From Paraspadella gotoi (taxonomy: Eukaryota; Animalia; Chaetognatha): a stretch of DNA of 64,000 nucleotides. The stretch lies in assembly GCA_051294375.1 (NCBI GenBank), contig CM119268.1, forward strand, positions 3,251,856-3,315,855, written 5' to 3'. Shown piece by piece: positions 14,011-25,790 of this stretch. A model generated the notes under the pieces. That model made no database searches and had not been told where the DNA came from. It saw only the letters and a program-made list of their open reading frames with translations. Made by a program: the position numbers and the translations under genes. Within the stretch, counting starts at the first letter, position 1, and each line of letters opens with the position of its first letter.

Positions 14011-14339
14011 TTTATTCATGCTATCATCAATTCTTTCAATTATTAAATGATACAATGACTTATTTATTCAATAATTGACTTTTTCATTCACTCCACGAAT
14101 CAATTGTAAAGAAAGATCTCCAGTCTCCATCTGCTCCTCCTTTTACATCCTTCTGTTCAGTGGTATTTTGTCTCTGTCTCTATCTTCGTCTCTGTCTTCT
14201 TTTCTCTCTCTCTCTCTATCTCTGTCTCGCTCCGTAATTTCCGTCCCTTGATTTCTTCGTGTCTTTTTCTTTTCCTTTCCGTCGGAGCAACTTTCTCAGC
14301 GAATATGAAGAAAAATGCGACGTCTCTCTCGGAGTTGTC

Positions 14340-14455
<116 letters not shown>

Positions 14456-14502
14456 AAAGGCACATTCACTGGTCCATCCGTTTTAATTAGAAGCGGCGAC
14501 TG

Positions 14503-14536
14503 TGACGTCATGACGTCAAATATGACGTCACGTGAC
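14503..14536. promoter_or_regulatory. Cluster of three CRE palindromes plus a GTCACGTGAC E-box palindrome
   Basis: TGACGTCA at 14503, 14511 and 14523; GTCACGTGAC at 14527-14536. Confidence 0.3.
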
Positions 14537-14689
14537 CTCAAATTCGCCATCCAATTCACAGTCTCACGTTTTATCAACGTTCGGCTCTCCGACGGACGGT
14601 CGAACGGTCGGACGGTCTTACGGACGGACATGCGGACAAATCTAAATATGAAATAAATAAATTAAAAAACGATAAAAAGATGTTGAGAA

Positions 14690-14720
14690 TGAAAGAAAGA
14701 AAGAAAGAAAGAAAGAAAAA

Positions 14721-14780
<60 letters not shown>

Positions 14781-14815
14781 AATAAAGAAAAAAGAGAGAA
14801 AGAAAAAAAGAAAAA

Positions 14816-14875
<60 letters not shown>

Positions 14876-14940
14876 AAAAAAGAAAGAAAGAAAGATTAAA
14901 AGAAAGAAAGAGAAAAAGAAAAAGAAAAAGAAAGAGAAGC
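14690..14940. repeat. (AAAG)n-based purine tract (similar tract at 9655-9723)
   Basis: Tandem AAAG with interruptions. Confidence 0.92.
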
Positions 14941-17900
14941 GGAAAATCGAGGGGAAGTTGGGATGATGCTAATAAACTAAGATGTTTCCTTCGGTTGATG
15001 GAAATGTTGTCAACAAGTCCCATCATTGCCGAGTAAAAAAAAAAAGAAAAAAAAGGGGCTGCCAGTTCTCTGCTCTCGGCGAATGAAATACGTGTATTTA
15101 AATGTATATTTAGGTTTAAATAGTATAAAAAAATTAAACGAAATTATTTATGAAACTTTTTACTCCTTTTTTTCCTATTTTTCGTCAATAATTTTACCTT
15201 CTTAGATCATCTTGGCTTTGTTCATACATTAATTTCTTCTTCATTTTTAGTTTTCCTACCAACTTTCCTCTATTCCTATTTTTGTCTCTTAATTTCACTT
15301 AATTTCTCTATAATCCCATCTTAAACCTCGGTCCCACATTCCTGCCTTCATTTAAATTCTCTTCAATTTTTCCCTTCCTAACTTCATCTCACATACGTTT
15401 TTTTCTTCTCTCGAATATATATTTCACCAAAAAACCTTTCGCATCACATTCTTATCTTCACCAGGTCACATTTTTAGCTGGAGCGGGTCACATTTTTTAT
15501 AGCGGAAAGGTCAGAGCCGCTTTTATGTCGGGTCATATTTTAGTTTAACGACCCTTAGTGGATCTCGCGTCGCGCCTCCCTCGTAAAAAAAAAGCCCCCA
15601 ATTTTCCCGCCAACTCAAATCACAAAATTTAACTTCTTTTTTTTGTTTTTGCCATTGAATAGAAATTTTTTATTCTATTCCTATTTTTCGCGCTGTCTAT
15701 GCGTAAGTAGGGGCTTTTTTACGTGCTTTTGTTTATATCTCTCTTCTCTCTCTCTCGATCTCTCTCTAGCGACAGCGCTCCGGCGAGGGGCGGGGGAGGG
15801 CACTGGTCGTCACTCCTTCCGCCGTGCCTGCGCTCTCGTCCGTCTCTCTCTCTCGATCTCGTCTCTCTCCCGTCTTCTCTCTTCCGCAGTCCTCTCTCTC
15901 CTCTCTCGGCTTTCTATCCTCAGTTCGGAGTCGATGAGGCTAATCAACCATAAACGAATCGGCATTTTGGGTTTTTTTTTTATTTTATGGATTTTTTTCC
16001 TTTTTTTATTTTTATTCATCCCACGATTTTTCATCCCAAATTTAGTTCCGAGGAAACGTGAAAAAAAATTATCCGTTGTTTTTATTATTTGATTAAGTTT
16101 TTCTTTTTAAAAGTCTGTTAAATTCATTCCAAGCTTTTTTTTTTGGTTATATTTTTATCTTATGTTTTTTTAATTCTTTTCTCGTCATGGTGGTGAACCT
16201 CATGGTATTGGCTTGTTAGAACTTGTAATTATACATTAACTAATTCTTTCATTTATGTTTAGTTTAATATCTTATTTGAAATTTAGTTATTTTATTTTCT
16301 CTCATTTCCTTCCTTTTTTCATCAAGAATATTTAAACAAATAACATATTGCTCAGACTTAGTCCATGTTTGTTTGTTTTGTTGATGATGATTGTACTAAA
16401 TCAACCTTGTTGTATTCAAATAAAATCGCTTATATATTGTATGTCACTTTCATATCAAATGTTTATAAATATAAAGCGAACGGCTCCGACTAATTATGTG
16501 TCTCCACAAATTGATCAAAATACGAGAGAGTTAAGCGACTACTAAGAAACGAATTTCTNNNNNNNNNNNNNNNNNNNNNNNNNNNNNNNNNNNNNNNNNN
16601 NNNNNNNNNNNNNNNNNNNNNNNNNNNNNNNNNNNNNNNNNNNNNNNNNNNNNNNNNNNNNNNNNNNNNNNNNNNNNNNNNNNNNNNNNNNNNNNNNNNN
16701 NNNNNNNNNNNNNNNNNNNNNNNNNNNNNNNNNNNNNNNNNNNNNNNNNNNNNNNNNNNNNNNNNNNNNNNNNNNNNNNNNNNNNNNNNNNNNNNNNNNN
16801 NNNNNNNNNNNNNNNNNNNNNNNNNNNNNNNNNNNNNNNNNNNNNNNNNNNNNNNNNNNNNNNNNNNNNNNNNNNNNNNNNNNNNNNNNNNNNNNNNNNN
16901 NNNAACAAACAAGCAAAATGGAAAGAAAGTTATGAATGAACACTTGGGAGAAAGTTAGCGTAACAAAAAAAACGGGAAAAGAAAAGAAAAATAAGGAAAA
17001 GAAAAGAAAAAAGAAAGAAAAAGAAACGCGGGGAGAAAAAAAGGAAAAGATTTATGTCGAGTTTTTTTCGTCGGCCATAACAAAGATGGAAAAAAAGGAA
17101 GGAGGGAGCGTGGGCGGAGTTGTGGAGAATGGGATGTGGGGCTGAGTTTTGTGGGGGCNNNNNNNNNNNNNNNNNNNNNNNNNNNNNNNNNNNNNNNNNN
17201 NNNNNNNNNNNNNNNNNNNNNNNNNNNNNNNNNNNNNNNNNNNNNNNNNNNNNNNNNNNNNNNNNNNNNNNNNNNNNNNNNNNNNNNNNNNNNNNNNNNN
17301 NNNNNNNNNNNNNNNNNNNNNNNNNNGGACAGGGATGTGGAGCTTAGTTTTGAGGGGGCTGCAATGTGGTCAAGTGGCAGGGCATTGATGTAGATCTGAG
17401 TTTTGTGGGGCTGGTATGTGGTCGGGTGTGGTGGAGGCTGGGATGTAGAGCTGAGTTTTGGTGCATATGGGAGTTGAGAAGGAGAGCGATTCATCCAAAA
17501 ATTGAAGGACGTTTGGGATAAAGAGGCAGCAGGTTTGGTTTCTTTGGGGTAAGTTTCTTTGGGGTAAGTTGCAAAGTGAGAGGGAATTTTAAAACTCGTA
17601 GGCGTAAGTGGAAAGGACGCAAGAGTGGAAGAAGCGTCCGTGCTTTCACAGAATCGCTCCGGTGAAAAAAAACGGGACACCTTTGGGTATGTGATACTTC
17701 CTTGGTTATTTATGACATAATATTTTTCAGTTGATACAATACAACCAACATTTGAAGGTTTTTAATCATGTCAATTAGTAAATTAGATCCGTAAAACCTC
17801 TAACGACACACGCTGTTCCATTATCGACGTTGTTTAAATGTAATATACAATAATATAAATATCTTACGATCAATAAAGTGAATTCATCGACGTCAGATAA

Positions 17901-19091
17901 AGAAGATATTTTCCTCAGCGGGTTCTATCTCGCATTTTCTCCTCTTTTTCTCTACGTTTTAAACATTTATCATTTTTAGTCCCTCCCGCCCATCATTTTT
18001 CTTTCTTTCTTTCTTTCTTTCTTTCTTTCNNNNNNNNNNNNNNNNNNNNNNNNNACTCAACAGGATCAACACTTATCCAGCCAAATCAGAAGTCGCCGCT
18101 CATACAGGTAAGAAAATCAATATTCATTCCTTAATATTCTCTTATCTTTACTTATCTTCTTTCCTCTTCTTTCTTTCTTTCTTTCTTTCTTTCTTTCATT
18201 TACTTTCTTTCCTTCTCTTTCTTTATTTTTTATCTTCTACTATCCCTCAACCTCTCGTCTTTATCTTTATCCTCCGAATTATATCTACTCTCTCTCTCTT
18301 CTCTCTCTCTTCTCTCTTCTCTCTTCCTCTCTCTCTACTCTCTCCTACTCTCTCTACTCTCTCTCTCTCTCTCTCCATCCCCCTCTCTCCTTTTCCCTTA
18401 CTTACAACCCAAGTCGTTGTAACGATTTACATAAAACATCTTCGAATGTCTTTCAAAATCTTCTGACATCTTTTTCTCGCATAATCGGGTTTACAAATTT
18501 TCCATGGATGTTTTTCTTTCCTAATGCTCATTGAGAAATTAAAATAAAGATAGCGACAACTGTATTAAAACCCACCTACCGTCTTTCGCGGCAAAAGTCC
18601 GGAATTCTAGCAGTTGGGTGGGATGGGCCTGTAGCCTGCTGCGACAGCTTGATCCGAGACTCAGGGACAGCTGTTCTATAAATAAACTATTTATTAATTC
18701 TGACTCCGAACAGTTTTAATGCGACGAGTCTTCCCAATGAGATTACATTCTTAAAAAAAAAAAAGCAACAACAACAACGAAATACAACATCTAAATCTAT
18801 CTTTCCTTTCACCTTCTCTTCTTACTATCTCTCTATCTATGTATCTATCTTTCCCTTTGCTCCTCTTACCTTTTCGCTCCTATTTTGCTCCACATCCTCG
18901 CTCCTCTCTTCATATGACTGCATACATCAGGGGGGTGGAGTTAGCGAATTCGGGGCGGTGGGGAGTGAAATCCACGCGTGACCCACCAGGGGGTAGCTTT
19001 CTTGCGTTAGTGATGGACTCCGACGCGAGAAAACAAAAAAAGGCATCGAATCTTTTGTTTACTACCATAATTAGACTTAACTTTCTCAACG

Positions 19092-19165
19092 GGCGCCATG
19101 GCTTAGTTGGTTAAAGCGCCTGTCTAGTAAACAGGAGATCCCGAGTTCGAATCTCGGTGGTGCCT
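19092..19165 (+). tRNA. tRNA-Thr-AGT: tRNA-Thr, anticodon AGT (74 nt, no intron)
   Basis: GGCGCCATGGCTTAGTTGGTTAAAGCGCCTGTCTAGTAAACAGGAGATCCCGAGTTCGAATCTCGGTGGTGCCT folds into a full cloverleaf: acceptor stem GGCGCCA/TGGTGCC, D-arm with A box TGGCTTAGTTGG, anticodon stem CCTGT/ACAGG with loop CT-AGT-AA, T-arm CCGAG-TTCGAAT-CTCGG, discriminator T. Closely resembles metazoan tRNA-Thr(AGU). Confidence 0.97.
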
Positions 19166-19189
19166 TATACTTTCTTGTTTATTGTAATA

Positions 19190-19194
19190 TTTTT
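19190..19194 (+). terminator. RNA polymerase III terminator (T5) for the tRNA-Thr gene
   Basis: First run of at least 4 T downstream of the tRNA, ~25 nt after the discriminator base. Confidence 0.6.
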
Positions 19195-19527
19195 CTTTTA
19201 TCAAAACTCATGGTTCTCCTATAAAAATTTATTATTTTACTTTTAAAGGAAAGAAGAAAGAAATAAACCGCTTGTACGACTAATTAAACAAAAACGATTC
19301 TATTTTCAAAAGACGCCCGGTTACTGGGCGATTCAAGTCGCTCTTCGATTGGCCGATTCAACTCGCTCTCTGATTGGCCGATTCCCCCTTCCTTCCCCAT
19401 CGGAATGTCGACCTTCGACGTCAACCAACCAGATGTTTCCACCCGAAATCGAATCAACGAAAACATCTGTTGACAAAGATGAATAAAATCGAATTCAAGG
19501 CAGAGAGAAAGAGAGGGGGTGACAGAG

Positions 19528-19638
<111 letters not shown>

Positions 19639-19933
19639 AGCAATAAAAGGAGATAGTGGGTGAGAGAGGTTAGGAGATAGAAAGAGATAGAGAGATAGGG
19701 ATAGAGATCGGAATATAGACAGAAATAGAGGGGAAGAGATAGAGATAGGATAGAGATAGGGATAGAGATTGAGACAAGAAGAGAAAAAAGTTGAAAGAGG
19801 AAAGAGGCAGAAAAATAATAAATAAAGTTTGTCAAGGAAAAAAAATTAAAGGCAAAAAGTAAGTTGAATATTTTAGGTAAGTTCAGGAAAATAAATATGC
19901 GGAGGCGAAAAAGAAATGGGAAAGGAAAAACAA

Positions 19934-20006
<73 letters not shown>

Positions 20007-20081
20007 GCTCGCTCAAAGTTATTTTCTCCAACTATTCGCAATCATATTTTCCCGAGCGGCAAAAGCATCAGTGACAACGAT

Positions 20082-20116
<35 letters not shown>

Positions 20117-20332
20117 CGACAACTTCGAGAAGAAGAAGAAAAAGAGGAGAAAATTCATCAACAAAAGTCGCGTCGTTGAATTTCCAAGAATCAACATCGT
20201 CGAGTTTCATTACTTTATTTTAAATTCTGAAATTAATATTATTTAATTTAATATTTTTTTTGTATCGATTGACGCTCTTTTGCTTAAAAACTTTAAATCG
20301 CATTCTGCATTAATGACGGTGAGAGTAGAGGC

Positions 20333-20760
20333 GTTGTGGTTGTGGTTGTAGTTCTTGATGTGGTTTTAGTTTTGATTGTGGTTGTAGTTGTGGTTGTAGT
20401 TGTGGTTGTGGTTGTAGTTCTTGTTGTGGTTGTAGTTCTGGTTGTGGTAGTGGTTGGAGTTGTGGTTGTAGTACTTGTTGTGGTTGTAGTTAGGGTTGTG
20501 GTTGTAGTTTAGGTTGTGGTTGTAGTTTTAGTTCTTGTTGTGGTTGTAGTTGTGGTTGTGGTCGTAGTTGTAGTTCTGGTTGTGGTTGTAGTCGTGGTTG
20601 TGGTTGTATTTCTTGTTGTGGTTGTAGTTGTGGTTGTAGTTGTTCTTCTTGTTATGGTTGTAGTCGTGTTGTGGTTGTAGTCGTGGTTGTGGTTGTAGTT
20701 GTGGTTGTGGTTGTAGTTCTTGTTGTGGTTGTAGTTGTTGTTCTTGTTGTGGTTGTGGTG
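20333..20760. repeat. (GTTGTG/GTTGTA)n compound microsatellite
   Basis: ~430 bp of 3/6-nt periodic GTT-GTG-GTT-GTA; reads as Q/P-rich or T-rich on the minus strand, with stops in each frame. Confidence 0.9.
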
Positions 20761-20974
20761 GAAGAGGAAAAGGCGGTAGTGATGGCGCCAAGGATGCATT
20801 TGGCGATGAGTCTCGCGCCAATGTCAACGGAAATTTCGATGACCTTGAATTGGAAAAAGAAAAGAAAAAGGGAAAGATGGCATCAAGATGGAGGAACGTT
20901 TGGAAATACAGAATGTATAATATACATTGTATATTCTAATACAATTAGTATGATTATAATTAGATGAAGATAAG

Positions 20975-21452
20975 CAGAAAAGGAAAAAAAGGAAAAAAAG
21001 GAGGAAATGGAGGAAATAAAAAAATTAGAAAAGAAGGAAAGAAGAAAAAGAAAGAAAAAGAAAAAGGAAAGGAGGAAAAGGAAAAAAGAAAAAAAGAAAA
21101 AAGAGGAAAGGAAAAAAGAAGGAAATAAGGAAAGAAAGAAGGGAAAATGGAAAAAAAGAAGAAAAGAAAGAAAAGGAAAGAGAAAAGAAAGAAAAGGAAA
21201 GAGAAAAGAAGGAAAGGAAAGGAAAGAAGAAAAGAAAGAAAGGAAAGAAGGAAAGAAAAATAGAAAAGAAGGAAAGGAAAGAAGAAAAGAAGGAAAGGAA
21301 AGAAGGAAAGGAAAGAAGAAAAGAAGGAAAGGAAAGAAAAAAAGAAGGAAAGGAAAGAGGAAAGAAGGAAAGGAAAGAGGAAAGAAGGAGAGGAAATAAG
21401 AAAAGAAGGAAAAGGAAAGGAAAGAAGAAAAGAAGGAAAGGAAAGAGGAAAG
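20975..21452. repeat. ~480-bp polypurine tract (AAGGAAAG-type)
   Basis: Almost exclusively A/G on the + strand. Confidence 0.9.
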
Positions 21453-22139
21453 ACCGAGCGTCGACGGAAAAAGACGACGCGACGATTCGTATTCCGTCGA
21501 GAAGATGACGACGTCTTGACGAGTTGAAGAGGAAAAGGCTGAAGACGAGAAGAGAGCGGCAGGAGCCGCAGCGGCAGGGTGGCGGTGGCGGCAGCGGCGG
21601 AAGATTTTATCGTCAGATTACNNNNNNNNNNNNNNNNNNNNNNNNNNNNNNNNNNNNNNNNNNNNNNNNNNNNNNNNNNNNNNNNNNNNNNNNNNNNNNN
21701 NNNNNNNNNNNNNNNNNNNNNNNNNNNNNNNNNNNNNNNGGGGGGGACGAAGTGATTCTGACAGGGATAAGAACAACGACAACAAAGACGACAATTAACT
21801 TTTTATATGTACAATCCGATCGGAGTTCAGTGTGCTTAATCAACCTTCACTTTGTCAAATGTTGTACCGTTTTACCATATATTTACTTCATATTTTACTA
21901 TTGTTAACAAGTCGCGTTTCTGGGCTTGATAAATATACAAAAAACAGTTGGATCAAAGTCAAGAAAATATCTGAAGATGAAATCTGAAGATGATCTAACG
22001 AAGCTTCGGATAAAATCGTGATCAGCGTGAGTCTTGAAAGAGCAGAGATTATCGGGTGATTTCAGCAAACTGATAAAAACGACGGCCGAGGGTGGAAAGA
22101 CCCGTGCCCAAAAAAAGACAAACAGGGAGTGAAAATATG

Positions 22140-22596
22140 ATAGTGGAACTGGAAAATGGAACCGAAAAGTGGAACCTGACTTAATGAAACTGAAAAGTGG
22201 AACCGGAAAGTGGAATAGGAAAGTGGAGCCAAAAAGTGGAACTAGAAAGACAAACTGGAAAATGGAACAGAAAAGTGGAACCAGATAATGAAACTGAAAA
22301 GTGGAACCGGAAAGTGGAATTGGAAAGTGGAGCCAAAAAGTGGAACTAGAAAGACAAACTGGAAAATGGAACAGAAAAGTGGAACCAGATAATGAAACTG
22401 AAAAGTGGAACCGGAAAGTGGAATTGGAAAGTGGAGCCAAAAAGTGGAACTAGAAAGACAAACTGGAAAATGGAACATAAAAATGGAACTAGAAAGTGAA
22501 TCGGAAAGTGGAACCGGAAGTGGAACTGAAAAGTGAAACTGGAAAATAGAACCGAAAAGTGGAACCGAAAAGTGGAAACGAAAAGTTGAACCGGAA
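22140..22596. repeat. 14-bp (GAAAAGTGGAACCG) minisatellite containing a near-perfect 104-bp higher-order repeat, ~3 copies
   Basis: AATGAAACTGAAAAGTGGAACCGG recurs at 22183, 22287 and 22391. Confidence 0.9.
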
Positions 22597-22754
22597 GCGT
22601 CGTGTCTCGGACTGGCGTTGACGCTTTGCGAGACGCGATGAGAATGTAAGATGTGGGCGATCGCCTGATGTGAAAAGAGGAGGAGGAGGAGGAGGAGGAG
22701 AAGGGGGGCGGAACCGATAACCGAATCACGTGGGGGATGTGAGAAGGCGGTTTG

Positions 22755-22767
22755 GTTGCCAAGCAAC
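22755..22767. promoter_or_regulatory. RFX X-box-like motif
   Basis: GTTGCCAAGCAAC, ~45 bp downstream of a GC box (GGGGCGG) and ~20 bp downstream of an E-box (CACGTG). Confidence 0.35.
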
Positions 22768-23111
22768 GACAACGGATTATTTTGGACGAGTTTCCTCTAG
22801 TAGGAGAATTTAATCAAATATAAGCTGAGTGGCTCAAAATTTCGTGTACATTTCGTAACATTTATTTCGTGATGGGACATTGTTCAATGGTCAAATTAAA
22901 GCTCATGTTCATTGAGAATTCAAAACAAAGTGGTTTATATATAATTCATTGTAATTTTATTCCTGCGCGCATTCTCCCGATGATATTACTGAAATAAACT
23001 CGCGCTCATGTTTTTACTTGATATCGAAATCTTTTCTTACTAAAAATTCCAACCTCCACTTAAAGTTAGATGAGATATGATGAAGCGGTATTTGCCGATT
23101 ATCACACTCGT

Positions 23112-23340
23112 CAATATATGGCTCATCGAGTAAAGCCATCAGCTCCGAAAAACTAGGTACCGGGTTCAATCCCAACCCGGTGCCAAACCTAAGGAAAGCG
23201 CGTGAACGGTCCTAGACNNNNNNNNNNNNACCCGGTGCCAAACCTAAGGAAAGCGCGTGAACGGTCCAAGACTACCTGGAGTGAGTGAAGAGTCGGTGAC
23301 TTTGTCATTCGGTGAACTCTGTCCTCCGGTTGTGAATCGG
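23112..23340 (+). mobile_element. Probable tRNA-derived SINE (head and part of body; 3' limit uncertain)
   Basis: A-box-like TGGCTCATCGAG at 23119 and B box GGTTCAATCC at 23163, at tRNA-like spacing but with no complete cloverleaf. 43 bp (23175-23217) is repeated after the 12-N gap (23230-23272). Confidence 0.5.
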
Positions 23341-24603
23341 TTTTCCCTTCCATTGATCGATCTTCTCATTTTCACCGAAACGCGAGGGTGATTAATTCAT
23401 GAACGAGGGATGACGTGAGAATAGGGGTCAGGGGACAGAAATTCACTCTTGGGGGAGGGAGGTCAGTGATTTTGAGAGGTGGTGTGTGATTTGGAAAGAG
23501 GGTGAGTGATTGTGGGGATGGCGACTGATGGAGAAAGAGTTTAGGATGGAGCNNNNNNNNNNAACAACTGAAATTGAGGGTTGAATGTTTTTCATTAATT
23601 TAAAATTATATAACTTAAACCTCAATCAATATGATGGGTTTCTTTATTAAATACAAATTATACGTTAAGGTATATGCGTTGTATTAGTTAAGTAGCAATT
23701 TTTAATTAGATACGATTAGATTAATAATTCTGCCCGAAACATATGTCGCCCGCTCTGCCTCAAGCGAGCAACGGAAATGGTGTGTTTGCCCGATGCGTAT
23801 TTACGAAGACAATTTGGGAAAAAACTTTTTTTAACGGATTGTAAATTAAAACAGTGTGGACGCAACAATGTTCGTCCACAACAGGCTGTGAAGTTCGCTT
23901 TTTATTGATAATTTACCGAGACTGGGTTATATATACAGTATATGTATGTATATATACAGTATATACAGTATATGTATAGACTTAATAAATAAGACGTTAT
24001 TATATGAAATTGGTACAACCAATATAATTTAATATAATATATAATTTAATAAATAAGCATAAGATCTTCTAAACTATCTCTCTCTCTCTTTCTCGCTCTC
24101 ACTACAAAATTTTTTTTTCTTTCTTGCAGTTTTTATTTCTTCGAAGGTAAGAGCATCGAACTGAAAGGGCGAAGTTATAAGACGATAAGCCGAGTCATTA
24201 ATGACGACGACGACGACGACGACGATATGGAAGACTAAGATTATGACGAAGATAACAATTACGACAAGAATGCTGACGAAGACGAGAGGGCCGACGATGT
24301 TGATGACAAAGATGTTGAGGACAAAAACCGAAATTACAACGAAAATGAAAAAAAAGATGACAGATGACGACAGCGAATACCAAGAAGTCCAAGATGACGA
24401 AGATGAAGCTGACAATGATTACGATGAATGTCTATGTCTAAAAAAATTAACGGACGAAGACAACAACAACAACAACAACGACAACTCTTACGAAGTTCAA
24501 GTTCCCATTGCCACAATATTTTCTCTCGGAAAAAAAATATGAGTTTGAGAAACAAGGGACTAATTTATCGTCGCTGAGATGAAGATGATAGTCGTCGAGA
24601 GAT

Positions 24604-24640
<37 letters not shown>

Positions 24641-25606
24641 AATGACGATGATGATGATGATTACGATTATAATGTTGTTGTTAATAATAATGTCGATGAT
24701 GACGATAAAAATAAAAGTTTGAAACTAGTAAGGGGAACTCATAATAAACAAAAGGATTAAATTTACATTATCATAATTATGATTTTGAATGATTATGATC
24801 ATGATTATGATCTTGAAATCTAAAAAAAAAAGAAAAAATTAGAAAGCGAATATTTTGTTCGAATTCTATTACGAAGTTCGAAACGACTCACAAATACTAA
24901 TAATGATAATAAATCAATCATATTTCAATCAATCCAATTCGTTTCAACGGAGAAACAATTTTCTAAACTCAACGCAGCGAAATCTTCGTTCAACTTTCAC
25001 GTGACTCCTCATGCATTTCTCGGCTTCTCTTATCATTTTTAAACAACCTCATTACGTCCAATATTTCCCGATATATTGTGGTAATTACGCTAATTTTCTC
25101 TTTTTTTTTTTTGGATCCCTCTACTTTCCTCTCTTTCTATCTTCTGATCAACTTTTTTCCACCTTTCTTTCCCACCTCTTCTCTCCAATGTGAAATCTCT
25201 ACGAAATTCTTATGAGGCGCTGGTCTAACGTTTTTCGATTGGAGGGAACGATTAGGGGGGAGGGGTGGGGGAGAGGGAGAGGAGGGAGGTAGTAGGAAAG
25301 AGGGGATGGGTAGAGGAGAGAGGAGGAAGAGGAAGAGTGATGACAAGTTGGCGAGAGGGAGGAGGGGGAGTGGAGAAGGGAAGTAGAGAGGAGCGGAGGG
25401 ACGGAGGGAGAGGGGGGATAGAGAGAGGGAGGAAGGAGGGAGTGTAGGGAAGTAAGGATGAGGGATGGTAGGGGAGGGGACAGGCAAAGTTGGGAGAAAA
25501 AGTCTGTAAGATGAGAGGAGTAGAGGAAGAGGGAGTNNNNNNNNNNNNNNNNNNNNNNNNNNNNNNNNNNNNNNNNNNNNNNNNNNNNNNNNNNNNNNNN
25601 NNNNNN

Positions 25607-25790
25607 TCAACATTAGTCTTTCTTCGTCTCTTCGTCGATCGTAGATTCGGCGAGCGATCGTCGCCCCGGATGTGATAGTCTCCGTCATGAGGAGGCCTTT
25701 GACGAGGCGCTCCACCCGGATGTTGCGGCTCGGTTTATCATCACCCAGCGCCATATTAAGGTTTAACCCGCTTTCTAGACATCCGACGAA
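25607..25790 (-). CDS. FABP: FABP exon 4 (C-terminal strands); runs into the N-gap, acceptor not identifiable
   Basis: Open frame ...SGLNLNMALGDDKPSRNIRVERLVKGLLMTETITSGATIARRIYDRRRDEERLML resembles the FABP C-terminus, with the ligand-binding Arg (VER) and R-x-Y (RIY). No phase-0 acceptor with a pyrimidine tract is visible, so it could belong to a paralogue. Confidence 0.72.

Noticed and set aside
16490-16943. ORFs made mostly of X (also 1041-1514 and 49886-50545)
   Set aside because: They are open only because they run through N gaps.
18570-18670. Possible structured RNA or ribozyme (CCCACC...GGTGGG and ACAGCT...AGCTGT stems)
   Set aside because: Stems are short and no hammerhead, HDV, twister or SECIS core could be matched by eye; an Infernal/Rfam scan would be needed.
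19325-19385. Tandem CCAAT boxes as a promoter
   Set aside because: They come from a 25-bp duplication of ~2.4 copies, and no downstream gene was identified.
21007-21399. 130-aa K/R/E-rich ORF (protamine-like)
   Set aside because: A polypurine tract can hardly contain stop codons; no coding evidence.
21904-22772. Three overlapping F/S/P-rich minus-strand ORFs
   Set aside because: Produced by the 14/104-bp repeat cycling through reading frames.
23119-23185. Second tRNA gene
   Set aside because: A/B boxes are present but acceptor and anticodon stems do not form; treated as a SINE head.
24190-24500. Acidic or Thr-rich ORFs (DDDSEYQEVQDDEDE)
   Set aside because: Degenerate GAC/GAT/AAC triplet repeats with no splice or homology support.
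25255-25480. G-quadruplex-like G tracts (C-rich counterpart at 8197-8282)
   Set aside because: Part of the general low-complexity purine/pyrimidine tracts; nothing points to function.
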